Virus record (IMG/VR): IMGVR_UViG_3300035438_000194
Location: 32,001-96,000 of that record
Source: a virus
Reading direction: 5' to 3' (one strand)
Length of the DNA stretch: 64,000 nucleotides
Under the pieces are notes generated by a model, which was not told the DNA's origin, did not search any database, and saw only the letters and a program-made list of their open reading frames with translations. Shown here one piece after another: positions 48,857-57,672 of the stretch (positions are counted from its first letter, which is position 1; each line of letters starts with the position of its first letter). The position numbers and the translations under genes are program-made.

Positions 48857-51800
48857 ATGGCAAATAGTTGTGCATTTGGTAAGGATTGGGATGAGCTCGT
48901 AGAAGCGGTAGGTTTATTCCAAGCAAGTAAGGATTATATTGAGAACAATGGAGAGGTTCGTACCCCTGATGAAGTAATAGCTAAGCTAGAAGCTAGAGGG
49001 GAATGGGCTGAAGAATCTACTCAGGACTTTACCAGACCAATGCTAAGAGGAACTGAGATGGACATGTTAGCTGAAATGGCTAACACTATCCCTGGTTTCT
49101 CTACTATATTTAATCCAATACACCTATCAAAGGCTGCTACAGACATGCGTAAAGGAAACTCTACGCTAGACTTTACTATAGGCAACCTAAGTTCACGTCT
49201 TGGTATACCATACCAGATGGTTGATGAGGTAGAAGCACAAACTATATTGGATAACTCAGGTACTCCTTATACAGGAGAAGCTGGTTTCTATGTAGGTGGT
49301 GTTGTATACTTTATCAAAGACAAGGTAAATACAGAGGTGGCATTCCACGAGTTTGCTCACCCATTTGTAAGAGCTATTGCAAAAGAGAACAACGTGTTGT
49401 TTGAAAAGCTGCATGCAGACTTACTTCTAACACCTGAAGGCAGACTCTTAGAGAAACTAATGAGCAACCTTCACCCAGAATTAGAAGCGGGTGCAGAACT
49501 ATACAAAGAGGAAATGTTGGTACGAGCTTTAACAAAAGCATCTGTTGACAAGAAGAATAATAAGAAACCATCTTCTGGCTTTGTTAAGTTCCTTAAAGAC
49601 CTATTGTATGCAATCAAACAGGTTTTTAGAAAGTATGTAGGTAAATCAGTTGCAATCTCTGAGCTTACACAAGACACAACTCTAGATGAGTTAGCTGATA
49701 TTTATACAGAAGCTAATATAAACTTTGATATAGAGTTAGTTAACCAGAAGGATGTTGTTGCATTTATTAGAGAGACCCGTACTCAAGTTGATGATATAGT
49801 TAATATACTTAATACAGATGAGGGTGCTCAAGTTATCAAGAAGGGTCTAGATAACATCAATCAAGTAGTTAATGAGCATACTGACCGTCTTATAAAGAAT
49901 AAGAACTTAGATGAAATGTTAGCTATTCTAGAGACAGGATTTGACCAAGCTGACTTACAAATTATACGTTCTAATATAACTCAGTACAGTAATCTTATAA
50001 ATGCAAAGTTTACTACTCTTGCAGAAGAGAACAATCGTGTTCAACAGCAATCAGCAGCTTTTGTAAATACTGTTTTCCAGATCAAAGCAATGGCTGATAA
50101 GATGATTCTGCATATGCAGGAGTTATCTAAAAGAGAAACTGATCCTAGTAAGGTAAAGAAGTTCTACTACTATGAGCAATTGACTAATGACTGGAAGAGA
50201 ACAATGGCTCAGATCCGTATTGACATGAGTAATGCTGGTATCCTAGAAGGGCCAATGCTTGATGTTATAGGATCTATTGAGACTAAGTTACAAACAGCTG
50301 ATACAATTGCAGGACGTGTGCATCTTGAGGGCTCATCTGAATTACTTGAGAGTGTACTAGAACCACTATCTAAAGAAGTAGATAGATACTATAAAGAAAT
50401 TATTGAAGAGTTAGAAAAGAAAGGTGCTCCTGATAGAATCTTGAACCGTTACAAAGCGGAGTATGATAGCGCTAAACTTGACAAAGCTACACTTAAGAGC
50501 TGGTTATCAGGTGAGCAGGGAGACACAAACGTAATCAGTGCATGGATGGAGTCATTCATGAACATACAAGACCCGGTTATATTTGGTCTTGCATCTTACG
50601 TAAACAACAATATGATGGATGTTATGACTACTGTACAACAGAAGTATAACAGACAGTCACAAGATATTAAAGAACTTCTTGATTCAGTTGGTTACAATCC
50701 TAATAACCCAAAAGGGATATTAGATCTTGTAGGTTATACTGAGAAAGAAGGTACATATGGTAAGGACGGTAAGTTTGTAGAGAAAGAAAGAAAAGCTTTC
50801 ATTCACCACGTTAAAGGGTATGACATAGAGATCACTCGTAAGAATGATCAGATTAAACAAGCTGAGCTAGAGTTCAAGAAGACTGGAGACAGTACTGACC
50901 TAGACAGATTATATATTGAACGTGAAAACTTACTTAAAGATTTTCACAGGGAATATTCAGAGGAAGTTTATGCTAAGGATGATCTTCTTAGCAAAGATGA
51001 GATAGGTAAAAAGGCCTATCTTGAACGCTTTAAGATTCTTAGTAAGATACAGAACTTAAATGCTACACTTGAAAGTGCGGCAGACAGACATGATCCAGAC
51101 TACCAGATGTCATTAGCTACATACTGGCAAGAGTATAAGCAATTATATTCTTTATCATATGCTGATGGTACTCAAAAGAAAGGTGATGATCTTGATGTTT
51201 CTGTAAGACTTAGAGAACATAGAGAAGCAACTAGAAAGTTCTATGAGTGGGTACCAAGAAAAGGTATGTTCCAAGGGGCTCTGAAGGCTTATGAGCAACA
51301 GATCCTTGATACTAATCCTAGTATTAAATACGGTGGCCCTGAGTTTAACAGACTACGTGAAGAGTGGCTTAACAATAATACAGTTGTTGCAATTAAACCA
51401 GAGTTCTTTAGAGACCGTCAAGTTATCTTAGATAGAATTAATGAACTGAAGGCTAAGTTACCACAGTCTGTACAAGACCAGCTAAAGTTAGATGAGATCC
51501 TTAAGGAGATGAATGACCAAATCTCTGCTTACAGAGATGACAGCGGTCAGCCTGAAGGTACTGCAATGAGTGATACAAAACTTGCTCGATTGAAGGAACT
51601 ACAAGAGCAGTTTGAATTGTATAAAGATGACCTTCTAACAGTACAAGGTGTAACTAAAGCTGATATTGCGTTTAAGAAACAGATTGATGCAGCTATAGTT
51701 GAGTATACACTTAGAGGTAAAGGAGAACATCCGTTAAGTGATCCTGATGTAGCACTACGCTATGCTGATATTATCAATGATATGAATGACTTTGGTTTAT

Positions 51801-54406
51801 CTGAAGAAGATGCAGCAGAGTTAACAGAGCTATATCAGAAGTTGTTTAGCATCTCAGATAAAGAAGCTACAGATGACTATATAAATGTTGTCAATGCTTT
51901 AATGCAACCAGGTAATGACCCAGATGATTCAATTGACGGTTCTTATTTGTATGATACATTTAACTTAACATCATTTGATAAGAATACTATTGATGAAGTA
52001 TTGACTGAAGAAGTAGCTAATACTTTAATGGGTCAGAGTTCTGCATTTAAGAAGTGGTTCTTAGCTAATCATATCAAGACCGTGTTTGTAACAAACAGAG
52101 GTGACGAGATTGTAAAGTATAAAAGAACAGCAGCTTGGAGCGTAACCAGACCGGTTGATGTAAAGTACTATGAGACTACAGATATCCTAGATGAAGTTGG
52201 TAATGTAGTTGAAACTATACAGCGTAAACCAAAGATTGATTACTTCAGAAGAAGGGTTAAAGAGGAGTATAGAACCAAGCGTGTTACAATGCTTGAAGCT
52301 TTGGAACAAGGAGACTTAAGCTTAGCTAATGTTGATCACAATGGTAACTGGTTACCTAAAGCAGATAGTAAGTACCGTAATGAAGAGTACTACAATCTTA
52401 GAAACAGAGGTGGTAATGAGTTTAAGCTATTGACTACACTGCTTACGTATCACTTGGAAAATCAACAAGGTCTTAATAGAAACTCTAGACTGGGTGTATT
52501 CATTCCAAGATACCGTAAAGAAAATAGAGAACTTTTAGTAGAAAGAGGAGGAGCTCAGAGTAAGTTATCAAGCTGGGCTAGCAATGTTAAAGCTAGCTTT
52601 AGTAGAGCTAAAGATGACATGGAAGATGGTTACAATCCAGAGATTGACACAACCTTCATTAACTTAGACTTGTTTGATAACGAGATTACAGGTATTCCTA
52701 TTTCTGGTAAGTATGACTTAGAACTAGATGAGACTTCAAATGATGTTCTTATGGGTATAATGCGTTATATGCAGAGTGCTGAAAGACACAAGAAGTTAAT
52801 TGAAATCAGTCCTGAAGTGCGTGCAATTCAGAAAGTTGTTAATGGTTCTGAAGGAGCTATTAAAGATATGACTAAGGCTAGTAAGTCTGACTTTATTGAA
52901 CGTAACTTAATGCGTTATGCAACTAGAAAAGGAACATCAGTAAGAGCCCAGACTGTTAATGCTTTTATAGAAAGAGAGTTTGAGGGTAAGACACAAGCTG
53001 GTGCATTAGCAGATCTAACAGGTCTTAATAAGACAGTAAACAATTTACTAGGTCTTTCTTCTATGGCCTTCTTTGCATTGGATATACCATCAGCATTGAA
53101 GAACTCATTAGGAGCAAGATTCCAGTCCATCATACACGCAGCTGGTGGTAAAGACATCAGTGCTATGAGTTTAGGTAAAGGTACCCTATGGGGTAATATT
53201 ACTTCAGCAGAGGTAAGCTTCCAGATTTACAGATATGGACCTAAGAGTCTTAATGTACAGTTGTATGAAGTGTTTGACCCGGACCAAAAGTTTGCGGACA
53301 AAGAAGGTAAGTTTGCAGAAGGTATGTCTAGAACATTCTCTAAGGACGTTATGTCTGGTAGCTGGTTAACCAATACCAGAGAATGGACTCAGATGAATGC
53401 ATCCCTAGGTTTATTTGGTGGGCTTATGTATCACCAAATGGTAGATCAAACTATTGATGGCGTAACTAAACAGATTCCATACATAGAAGCATGGGAAGTT
53501 AAAGACGGTCAACTTACAGTTAAGGAAGGTATTGATAAGGATTGGGATCTTGGGGGTAAGAACTTTAAGATGATGCGCGCTAAGGTACAAGGTGTAAACC
53601 GTAAACTTAACGGAGCATACTCCAAGTTTGATAAGACACAAGGTGAAAGATACTTACTAGTAAGATTAATATCATTCTTAAAGCGTCACTTTACAAGAAT
53701 GTTCTTGAACAGATGGGGCTACAGAGGAAACTTCCTTGAGCCAAAGGCTAGATGGGATGTAGGTTCAAATGAAATGGAGATAGGTTACTATACACAATCA
53801 ATAGCCTCTATTGTAAATGGTTTTAAGTCTGGAGGTAGAGACTTCAAGTATATGACCCAGAGAGAGAAGGTAGCATTCAAGAAGTTTGCTACTGAATTAG
53901 TTCTTGTATTAGCTGCAGGTATGCTTGTTAAACTTATCTTTAGCTATGATGAGGATGACGAGGATCGTTTTGAGAAGTTGAGACAGAAGTCAGGACCGTT
54001 ACCAATGCCTTGGGCAACTGAATCACCATACAAGTTTAACTTTAGTGGGTATATGTCTAACCAAGCGCTGTTCTTATCTAAGGCTACACTTAATGAGAAC
54101 TCAGCATTCTTACCGTTTCCTAGTATGGGACTAGATGACTATAGAGCAATCTTAGACTTTAACTCTATTGCGTTTGGTAATACTCTATCTAACTACGTTA
54201 AGATAGTAGATAACTTAGCAGGTATGATAACAGGTGATGAAGGTGCCTACTATAAGAAAGATGTAGGTCCTTATAGCTGGCAGGATGAAGGTTCTGCTAA
54301 AGTATGGAACTATCTAGGTAAGAGTATTGGTTTATCCGGTTCTCAAGTTGACCCAGCATTACGTCTTAAGAATTTAGAATCAATACAAAACAGATTAAAA
54401 GGTTAA
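48857..54406 (+). CDS. Giant virion/ejection protein (1849 aa) with N-terminal zincin-like HEFAH motif
   Basis: HEFAH at 49346-49360 with downstream EE; helical body; hydrophobic C-terminal helix; third gene of the RNAP triad. Confidence 0.7.
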   Translation: MANSCAFGKDWDELVEAVGLFQASKDYIENNGEVRTPDEVIAKLEARGEWAEESTQDFTRPMLRGTEMDMLAEMANTIPGFSTIFNPIHLSKAATDMRKGNSTLDFTIGNLSSRLGIPYQMVDEVEAQTILDNSGTPYTGEAGFYVGGVVYFIKDKVNTEVAFHEFAHPFVRAIAKENNVLFEKLHADLLLTPEGRLLEKLMSNLHPELEAGAELYKEEMLVRALTKASVDKKNNKKPSSGFVKFLKDLLYAIKQVFRKYVGKSVAISELTQDTTLDELADIYTEANINFDIELVNQKDVVAFIRETRTQVDDIVNILNTDEGAQVIKKGLDNINQVVNEHTDRLIKNKNLDEMLAILETGFDQADLQIIRSNITQYSNLINAKFTTLAEENNRVQQQSAAFVNTVFQIKAMADKMILHMQELSKRETDPSKVKKFYYYEQLTNDWKRTMAQIRIDMSNAGILEGPMLDVIGSIETKLQTADTIAGRVHLEGSSELLESVLEPLSKEVDRYYKEIIEELEKKGAPDRILNRYKAEYDSAKLDKATLKSWLSGEQGDTNVISAWMESFMNIQDPVIFGLASYVNNNMMDVMTTVQQKYNRQSQDIKELLDSVGYNPNNPKGILDLVGYTEKEGTYGKDGKFVEKERKAFIHHVKGYDIEITRKNDQIKQAELEFKKTGDSTDLDRLYIERENLLKDFHREYSEEVYAKDDLLSKDEIGKKAYLERFKILSKIQNLNATLESAADRHDPDYQMSLATYWQEYKQLYSLSYADGTQKKGDDLDVSVRLREHREATRKFYEWVPRKGMFQGALKAYEQQILDTNPSIKYGGPEFNRLREEWLNNNTVVAIKPEFFRDRQVILDRINELKAKLPQSVQDQLKLDEILKEMNDQISAYRDDSGQPEGTAMSDTKLARLKELQEQFELYKDDLLTVQGVTKADIAFKKQIDAAIVEYTLRGKGEHPLSDPDVALRYADIINDMNDFGLSEEDAAELTELYQKLFSISDKEATDDYINVVNALMQPGNDPDDSIDGSYLYDTFNLTSFDKNTIDEVLTEEVANTLMGQSSAFKKWFLANHIKTVFVTNRGDEIVKYKRTAAWSVTRPVDVKYYETTDILDEVGNVVETIQRKPKIDYFRRRVKEEYRTKRVTMLEALEQGDLSLANVDHNGNWLPKADSKYRNEEYYNLRNRGGNEFKLLTTLLTYHLENQQGLNRNSRLGVFIPRYRKENRELLVERGGAQSKLSSWASNVKASFSRAKDDMEDGYNPEIDTTFINLDLFDNEITGIPISGKYDLELDETSNDVLMGIMRYMQSAERHKKLIEISPEVRAIQKVVNGSEGAIKDMTKASKSDFIERNLMRYATRKGTSVRAQTVNAFIEREFEGKTQAGALADLTGLNKTVNNLLGLSSMAFFALDIPSALKNSLGARFQSIIHAAGGKDISAMSLGKGTLWGNITSAEVSFQIYRYGPKSLNVQLYEVFDPDQKFADKEGKFAEGMSRTFSKDVMSGSWLTNTREWTQMNASLGLFGGLMYHQMVDQTIDGVTKQIPYIEAWEVKDGQLTVKEGIDKDWDLGGKNFKMMRAKVQGVNRKLNGAYSKFDKTQGERYLLVRLISFLKRHFTRMFLNRWGYRGNFLEPKARWDVGSNEMEIGYYTQSIASIVNGFKSGGRDFKYMTQREKVAFKKFATELVLVLAAGMLVKLIFSYDEDDEDRFEKLRQKSGPLPMPWATESPYKFNFSGYMSNQALFLSKATLNENSAFLPFPSMGLDDYRAILDFNSIAFGNTLSNYVKIVDNLAGMITGDEGAYYKKDVGPYSWQDEGSAKVWNYLGKSIGLSGSQVDPALRLKNLESIQNRLKG

Positions 54407-54407
54407 A

Positions 54408-54423
54408 AATTAATATATTAGCA
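54408..54423 (+). promoter_or_regulatory. Putative late promoter motif AATTAATATATTAGCA before the lysis cassette
   Basis: Near-identical to 19719-19734. Confidence 0.45.
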
Positions 54424-54425
54424 GC

Positions 54426-54971
54426 ATGAAAAAGTATAGTTACACAGAACTAGAAGCAAAGTTTGCTGAACTAGGTTACCAGTGGCCAACTCTTCACATT
54501 GTAGGAGTAAGGTCTGCAGCTAATGAGAAGAACAAGTTTGATGATCACATCTACTTGATCAATGGTCCAATGATGCATGTATTTACAGGAACAACTAACC
54601 CTGGTACACACTGGCTAAAGAACCTGTTGAACCCAAAAGGTACAGCGGTATTGAAACCCGGACAATATGTAGACAGTTGGAAGTTAGGTTTACACCAAGG
54701 TAAGTACAAAGCTTTAGTACAAGCTAAGCCTATTACTGTGTATCGTGATGGTGATAAGGATGATGTTGCTGAAGAAACAAAAGTAGAGCAAACCGGTTTA
54801 TTTGGTATTAACATACACCGTGCTAATGCATCAGCTATAAGTTCTATTATAGATAAGTGGTCAGCAGGATGTCAAGTGTTAAACAATCCCGAACAGTTCA
54901 ATACATTGCTTGCAGCTTGTGAAAGATCTGGTAAAAAGACATTTACTTACACCTTGTTAAGAGAGTTCTAA
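54426..54971 (+). CDS. Putative endolysin, L,D-transpeptidase/YkuD-like Cys peptidase
   Basis: GINIH...WSAGCQV (H-x14-S-x-G-C); adjacent to holin- and spanin-like genes. Confidence 0.65.
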   Translation: MKKYSYTELEAKFAELGYQWPTLHIVGVRSAANEKNKFDDHIYLINGPMMHVFTGTTNPGTHWLKNLLNPKGTAVLKPGQYVDSWKLGLHQGKYKALVQAKPITVYRDGDKDDVAEETKVEQTGLFGINIHRANASAISSIIDKWSAGCQVLNNPEQFNTLLAACERSGKKTFTYTLLREF

Positions 54972-55249
54972 TGAAGAAGTGGATACTATCTATACTAAGT
55001 AAAGACGGAGACCAGAGTTCTAAAAGACTTGTGGGTCTTTACTGTATCCTAACAGGATCAGCCTTAGCGTGGATTGCCACATTTTCAGATTATAAAACCC
55101 CTGAGTATATGTATAACACCATCATGTTTATAGGTGGTGGTGTATTTGTGGGAACTATGATAGAGGGGGTGTTTACTCAGAAGATGAATGTACCATTTAA
55201 ACCTAAAGAAGATGCCAATGACACCCCGCCAACTGAAGAAACTGTATAG
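54971..55249 (+). CDS. Putative holin (2 TM segments)
   Basis: SSKR followed by two hydrophobic helices. Confidence 0.65.
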   Translation: MKKWILSILSKDGDQSSKRLVGLYCILTGSALAWIATFSDYKTPEYMYNTIMFIGGGVFVGTMIEGVFTQKMNVPFKPKEDANDTPPTEETV

Positions 55250-55583
55250 TGACATAGCTGTAGCAGTAGTATTAGTAGCAATTGTAGCCTTTATCGCAAT
55301 ATTGCAATATAAGAATAAGGTAAAAGATCTTAAGATAGAAGACCTTAAGCGTCAGGCTTATGCTGGTGATATCAGAGATAGTATTGTTATTGACTCTTTA
55401 AAGTTTAAGATACTGCAGGACAGTTTACATATTGTTGATATTCAAAGAGTTAACCATATAAACACTATAAACAAACAAGATGACAAAGATAAAGGTAACA
55501 GGGATATTGTTATTGCTATTATCCCTAACGCAACTGATGAACAGCGGGACCGTATATGGGCAACTTACACCCCAAAGAATTAA
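55218..55583 (+). CDS. Putative inner-membrane spanin-like protein (start uncertain: 55188/55212/55218)
   Basis: N-terminal TM IAVAVVLVAIVAFIAIL followed by coiled coil. Confidence 0.5.
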   Translation: MTPRQLKKLYSDIAVAVVLVAIVAFIAILQYKNKVKDLKIEDLKRQAYAGDIRDSIVIDSLKFKILQDSLHIVDIQRVNHINTINKQDDKDKGNRDIVIAIIPNATDEQRDRIWATYTPKN

Positions 55584-55944
55584 CTGGAATGGTAACAAAG
55601 GTATCTTCTTCACAGATAAACAAGAGGAGGTCTTGCTTAAATCTATTGTGGACTATGACTACCTGCAGAAAAGCATTGCAGGTAAAAACGAGATTATTCA
55701 GACCCAAGAACTCCGCATTCTTGATAAGGAGTATGAGATCAAAAAGATGGCTGGATACCTGGATGCAGCAAACCAGAGAACAACAGAGTGCCTTGATAGA
55801 AACTTTGTTTTACAATCAGACCTGGTGGGAGCAAGAGACTCACTACAAACATCACAAGAAAACCTAGGAGTATCTAGAAGAAACAATTGGATCTTTGGAG
55901 GAATTTCCGTATTTTTATTAAGTATACTTATAATAACAAATTAA
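55480..55944 (+). CDS. Spanin-like membrane protein: signal peptide, coiled coil, C-terminal TM
   Basis: Overlaps the previous gene by 104 nt (Rz/Rz1-like layout). Confidence 0.5.
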   Translation: MTKIKVTGILLLLLSLTQLMNSGTVYGQLTPQRINWNGNKGIFFTDKQEEVLLKSIVDYDYLQKSIAGKNEIIQTQELRILDKEYEIKKMAGYLDAANQRTTECLDRNFVLQSDLVGARDSLQTSQENLGVSRRNNWIFGGISVFLLSILIITN

Positions 55945-55945
55945 T

Positions 55946-56089
55946 ATGAAAGCTAACGCAAAGCTTGGTAACAAGTTAGAAGCAAGAACTGGTCAGAAAC
56001 CAGTGGACATGCTGACCGGTAAATCAGTAGTGAACAAACCAGGAACGGTTGTACCTACTAGTTTAAAGTATGGAGGTAAATCTTGTTAA
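55946..56089 (+). CDS. 47-aa basic peptide ending LKYGGKSC (not in ORF track)
   Basis: Fills the gap; xxGG motif. Confidence 0.6.
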   Translation: MKANAKLGNKLEARTGQKPVDMLTGKSVVNKPGTVVPTSLKYGGKSC

Positions 56090-56090
56090 T

Positions 56091-56252
56091 ATGAGTGACA
56101 ACCAGTACAACTTTCTAAAGGCACAGGTGAAAGCATTCCATCCTAACTGGTCAGAGGAACAGGTAGATGCAGAATGCAAGAAGATAATAGAGAAAGGTGA
56201 TAGTAACTCATCCCCTGAAGAAGACACAGACTGCTTATACTGCGGATCATGA
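56091..56252 (+). CDS. 53-aa protein ending in an acidic CxxC tail (EEDTDCLYCGS)
   Basis: ATG 56091 follows the previous stop; the ORF track start at 56070 is probably too far upstream. Confidence 0.6.
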   Translation: MSDNQYNFLKAQVKAFHPNWSEEQVDAECKKIIEKGDSNSSPEEDTDCLYCGS

Positions 56253-56356
56253 TGAAGAACCCTAATAAGAAAGCTGGTAACTGGGGTGCGTTAAAGAACA
56301 AACCTCAAAACCTAGTACCGTTTAAAAAAGGTGGAACAATTAAAAAGAAAAAATAA
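56249..56356 (+). CDS. 35-aa basic peptide ending PFKKGGTIKKKK (not in ORF track)
   Basis: ATGA and TAATG coupling on both sides; xxGG motif. Confidence 0.6.
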   Translation: MMKNPNKKAGNWGALKNKPQNLVPFKKGGTIKKKK

Positions 56357-56646
56357 TGAAAGACGATATCAGATTACTAATGATAAACATGCCTACTGTA
56401 ATGGCATTGATGACGGAACTTAATACTCTAGTGAACAACTTACCTAAGGAAGCTCCTACTGATCTTACTATTACGGCAGGTAAGTCTACATTTAAACTTA
56501 ATAAAGAAAGAGACAAAGACCTTTATGTAAAGTTCTTAGAGACTATTAATAACACATCTACTGAGAAGATTTATAACCTTAGAGATAAGATTGATTCTTT
56601 ATTATACAATTCAGAAGAAGCATTAACTAAAGCACTACCAGCATAA
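56356..56646 (+). CDS. Hypothetical protein (96 aa)
   Basis: ORF with TAATG coupling at both ends. Confidence 0.6.
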   Translation: MKDDIRLLMINMPTVMALMTELNTLVNNLPKEAPTDLTITAGKSTFKLNKERDKDLYVKFLETINNTSTEKIYNLRDKIDSLLYNSEEALTKALPA

Positions 56647-56789
56647 TGGCAAAAGTAAACGTAGCAAAAAGTAGCTATGCTCCAAAGGCAACTAAGGTTA
56701 GCCGCCCTGGAGTAATAGCAAAATCTAAGACTAGTAAATTAAAGTCTAGCAAGAACTATAAGAAAGCCTATCGCGGACAAGGACGTTAA
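56646..56789 (+). CDS. 47-aa very basic peptide ending YKKAYRGQGR (not in ORF track)
   Basis: TAATG coupling; C-terminus resembles a widespread small phage protein ending YRGQG[RK]. Confidence 0.7.
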   Translation: MAKVNVAKSSYAPKATKVSRPGVIAKSKTSKLKSSKNYKKAYRGQGR

Positions 56790-57169
56790 ACTCCTAGTAT
56801 CTTACTGATATTAGGTTTAAAGTAATTCTTACCCTTAAGGATCTTCCCATCTTCTCTGAGGATGGGTTTTCCATTTTCATCTAGTTTGCTCATGTTAGAT
56901 CTGTGGATCTCTGTGAAGACTTCCTCAATCCTGTCTTGTAAGCCATGCTTAAGTATAGTCCCGTAAATGATATAAAGCTGGTCACCAAGAGCATCAGCAA
57001 TACCCACCAAGTCATCATGACCGCAAGCTTCAAGGTACTCGTTGTTCTCTTCTTCCAAGAGCCTGTGACGTAACTCATATTGTTCTGGGGTTAACTGTTT
57101 GTAATCTTGTGGGTCAGGCATATTAAACGCGGTATGGAACTCCGCTACCATATTGATATACTTCTTCAT
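56786..57169 (-). CDS. MazG-like/all-alpha NTP pyrophosphohydrolase
   Basis: LLEEENNEY...IADALGDQLY...EIHRSNMSKL...GKILKG motifs. Confidence 0.85.
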   Translation of the reverse strand: MKKYINMVAEFHTAFNMPDPQDYKQLTPEQYELRHRLLEEENNEYLEACGHDDLVGIADALGDQLYIIYGTILKHGLQDRIEEVFTEIHRSNMSKLDENGKPILREDGKILKGKNYFKPNISKILGV

Positions 57170-57672
57170 TAATATCCTTTATCTCCGTTAGTATTATAAT
57201 TGATCTTGTCTATATCATGATCACTACCATTCTTAGCCATACTGACCAAGCCTAGCATGTCCGTGTTCTTAGTGTAGTCACTAGTCCACATGGATAATCT
57301 GTCTACAGACTTATTATATTGTTTAGCTTTAGCATATGCTTCTTTAAGCTTACAATGTCTTTCAGCTTTTTGATTCAGCATTGCCTCTAGTAAGATAAGA
57401 TAGTTAATCACATCTCCAATCTTCTCAGATACTACAGCTGTATCAGCTGATTTATTCTCAGCTACAATATCTTTAATAGAAACAAGATGCTTAGTCATGT
57501 AGCTCCAGAGAACTTCAGCTGATGTGCTGTGGAGGGAAAATCCCCCCGCAGCTTCATCAAAGTTTCTGAATACATTATCATCTTTAGCGTACTCTTTATG
57601 CTTAGTAAGTAAAGTTTGACGTACTAAATCAATACGTTTCTCTACTCTTTTACTAAATTCTTCTCTTGTCAT
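57169..57672 (-). CDS. Nucleotide-modification-associated (Nmad1/DUF1599-like) all-alpha protein
   Basis: K..EYA..D.FRNF...KH..SI...EKIGD.INYLILL motif. Confidence 0.6.
   Translation of the reverse strand: MTREEFSKRVEKRIDLVRQTLLTKHKEYAKDDNVFRNFDEAAGGFSLHSTSAEVLWSYMTKHLVSIKDIVAENKSADTAVVSEKIGDVINYLILLEAMLNQKAERHCKLKEAYAKAKQYNKSVDRLSMWTSDYTKNTDMLGLVSMAKNGSDHDIDKINYNTNGDKGY

Noticed and set aside
1138-53641. Many short antisense or alternate-frame ORFs in the track (e.g. 2083-2451, 34412-34810, 45732-46106)
   Set aside because: They are nested in long genes, lack motifs and are expected shadows of the coding strand
55556-55867. Third overlapping ORF as an embedded o-spanin
   Set aside because: No hydrophobic signal peptide or lipobox at its N-terminus
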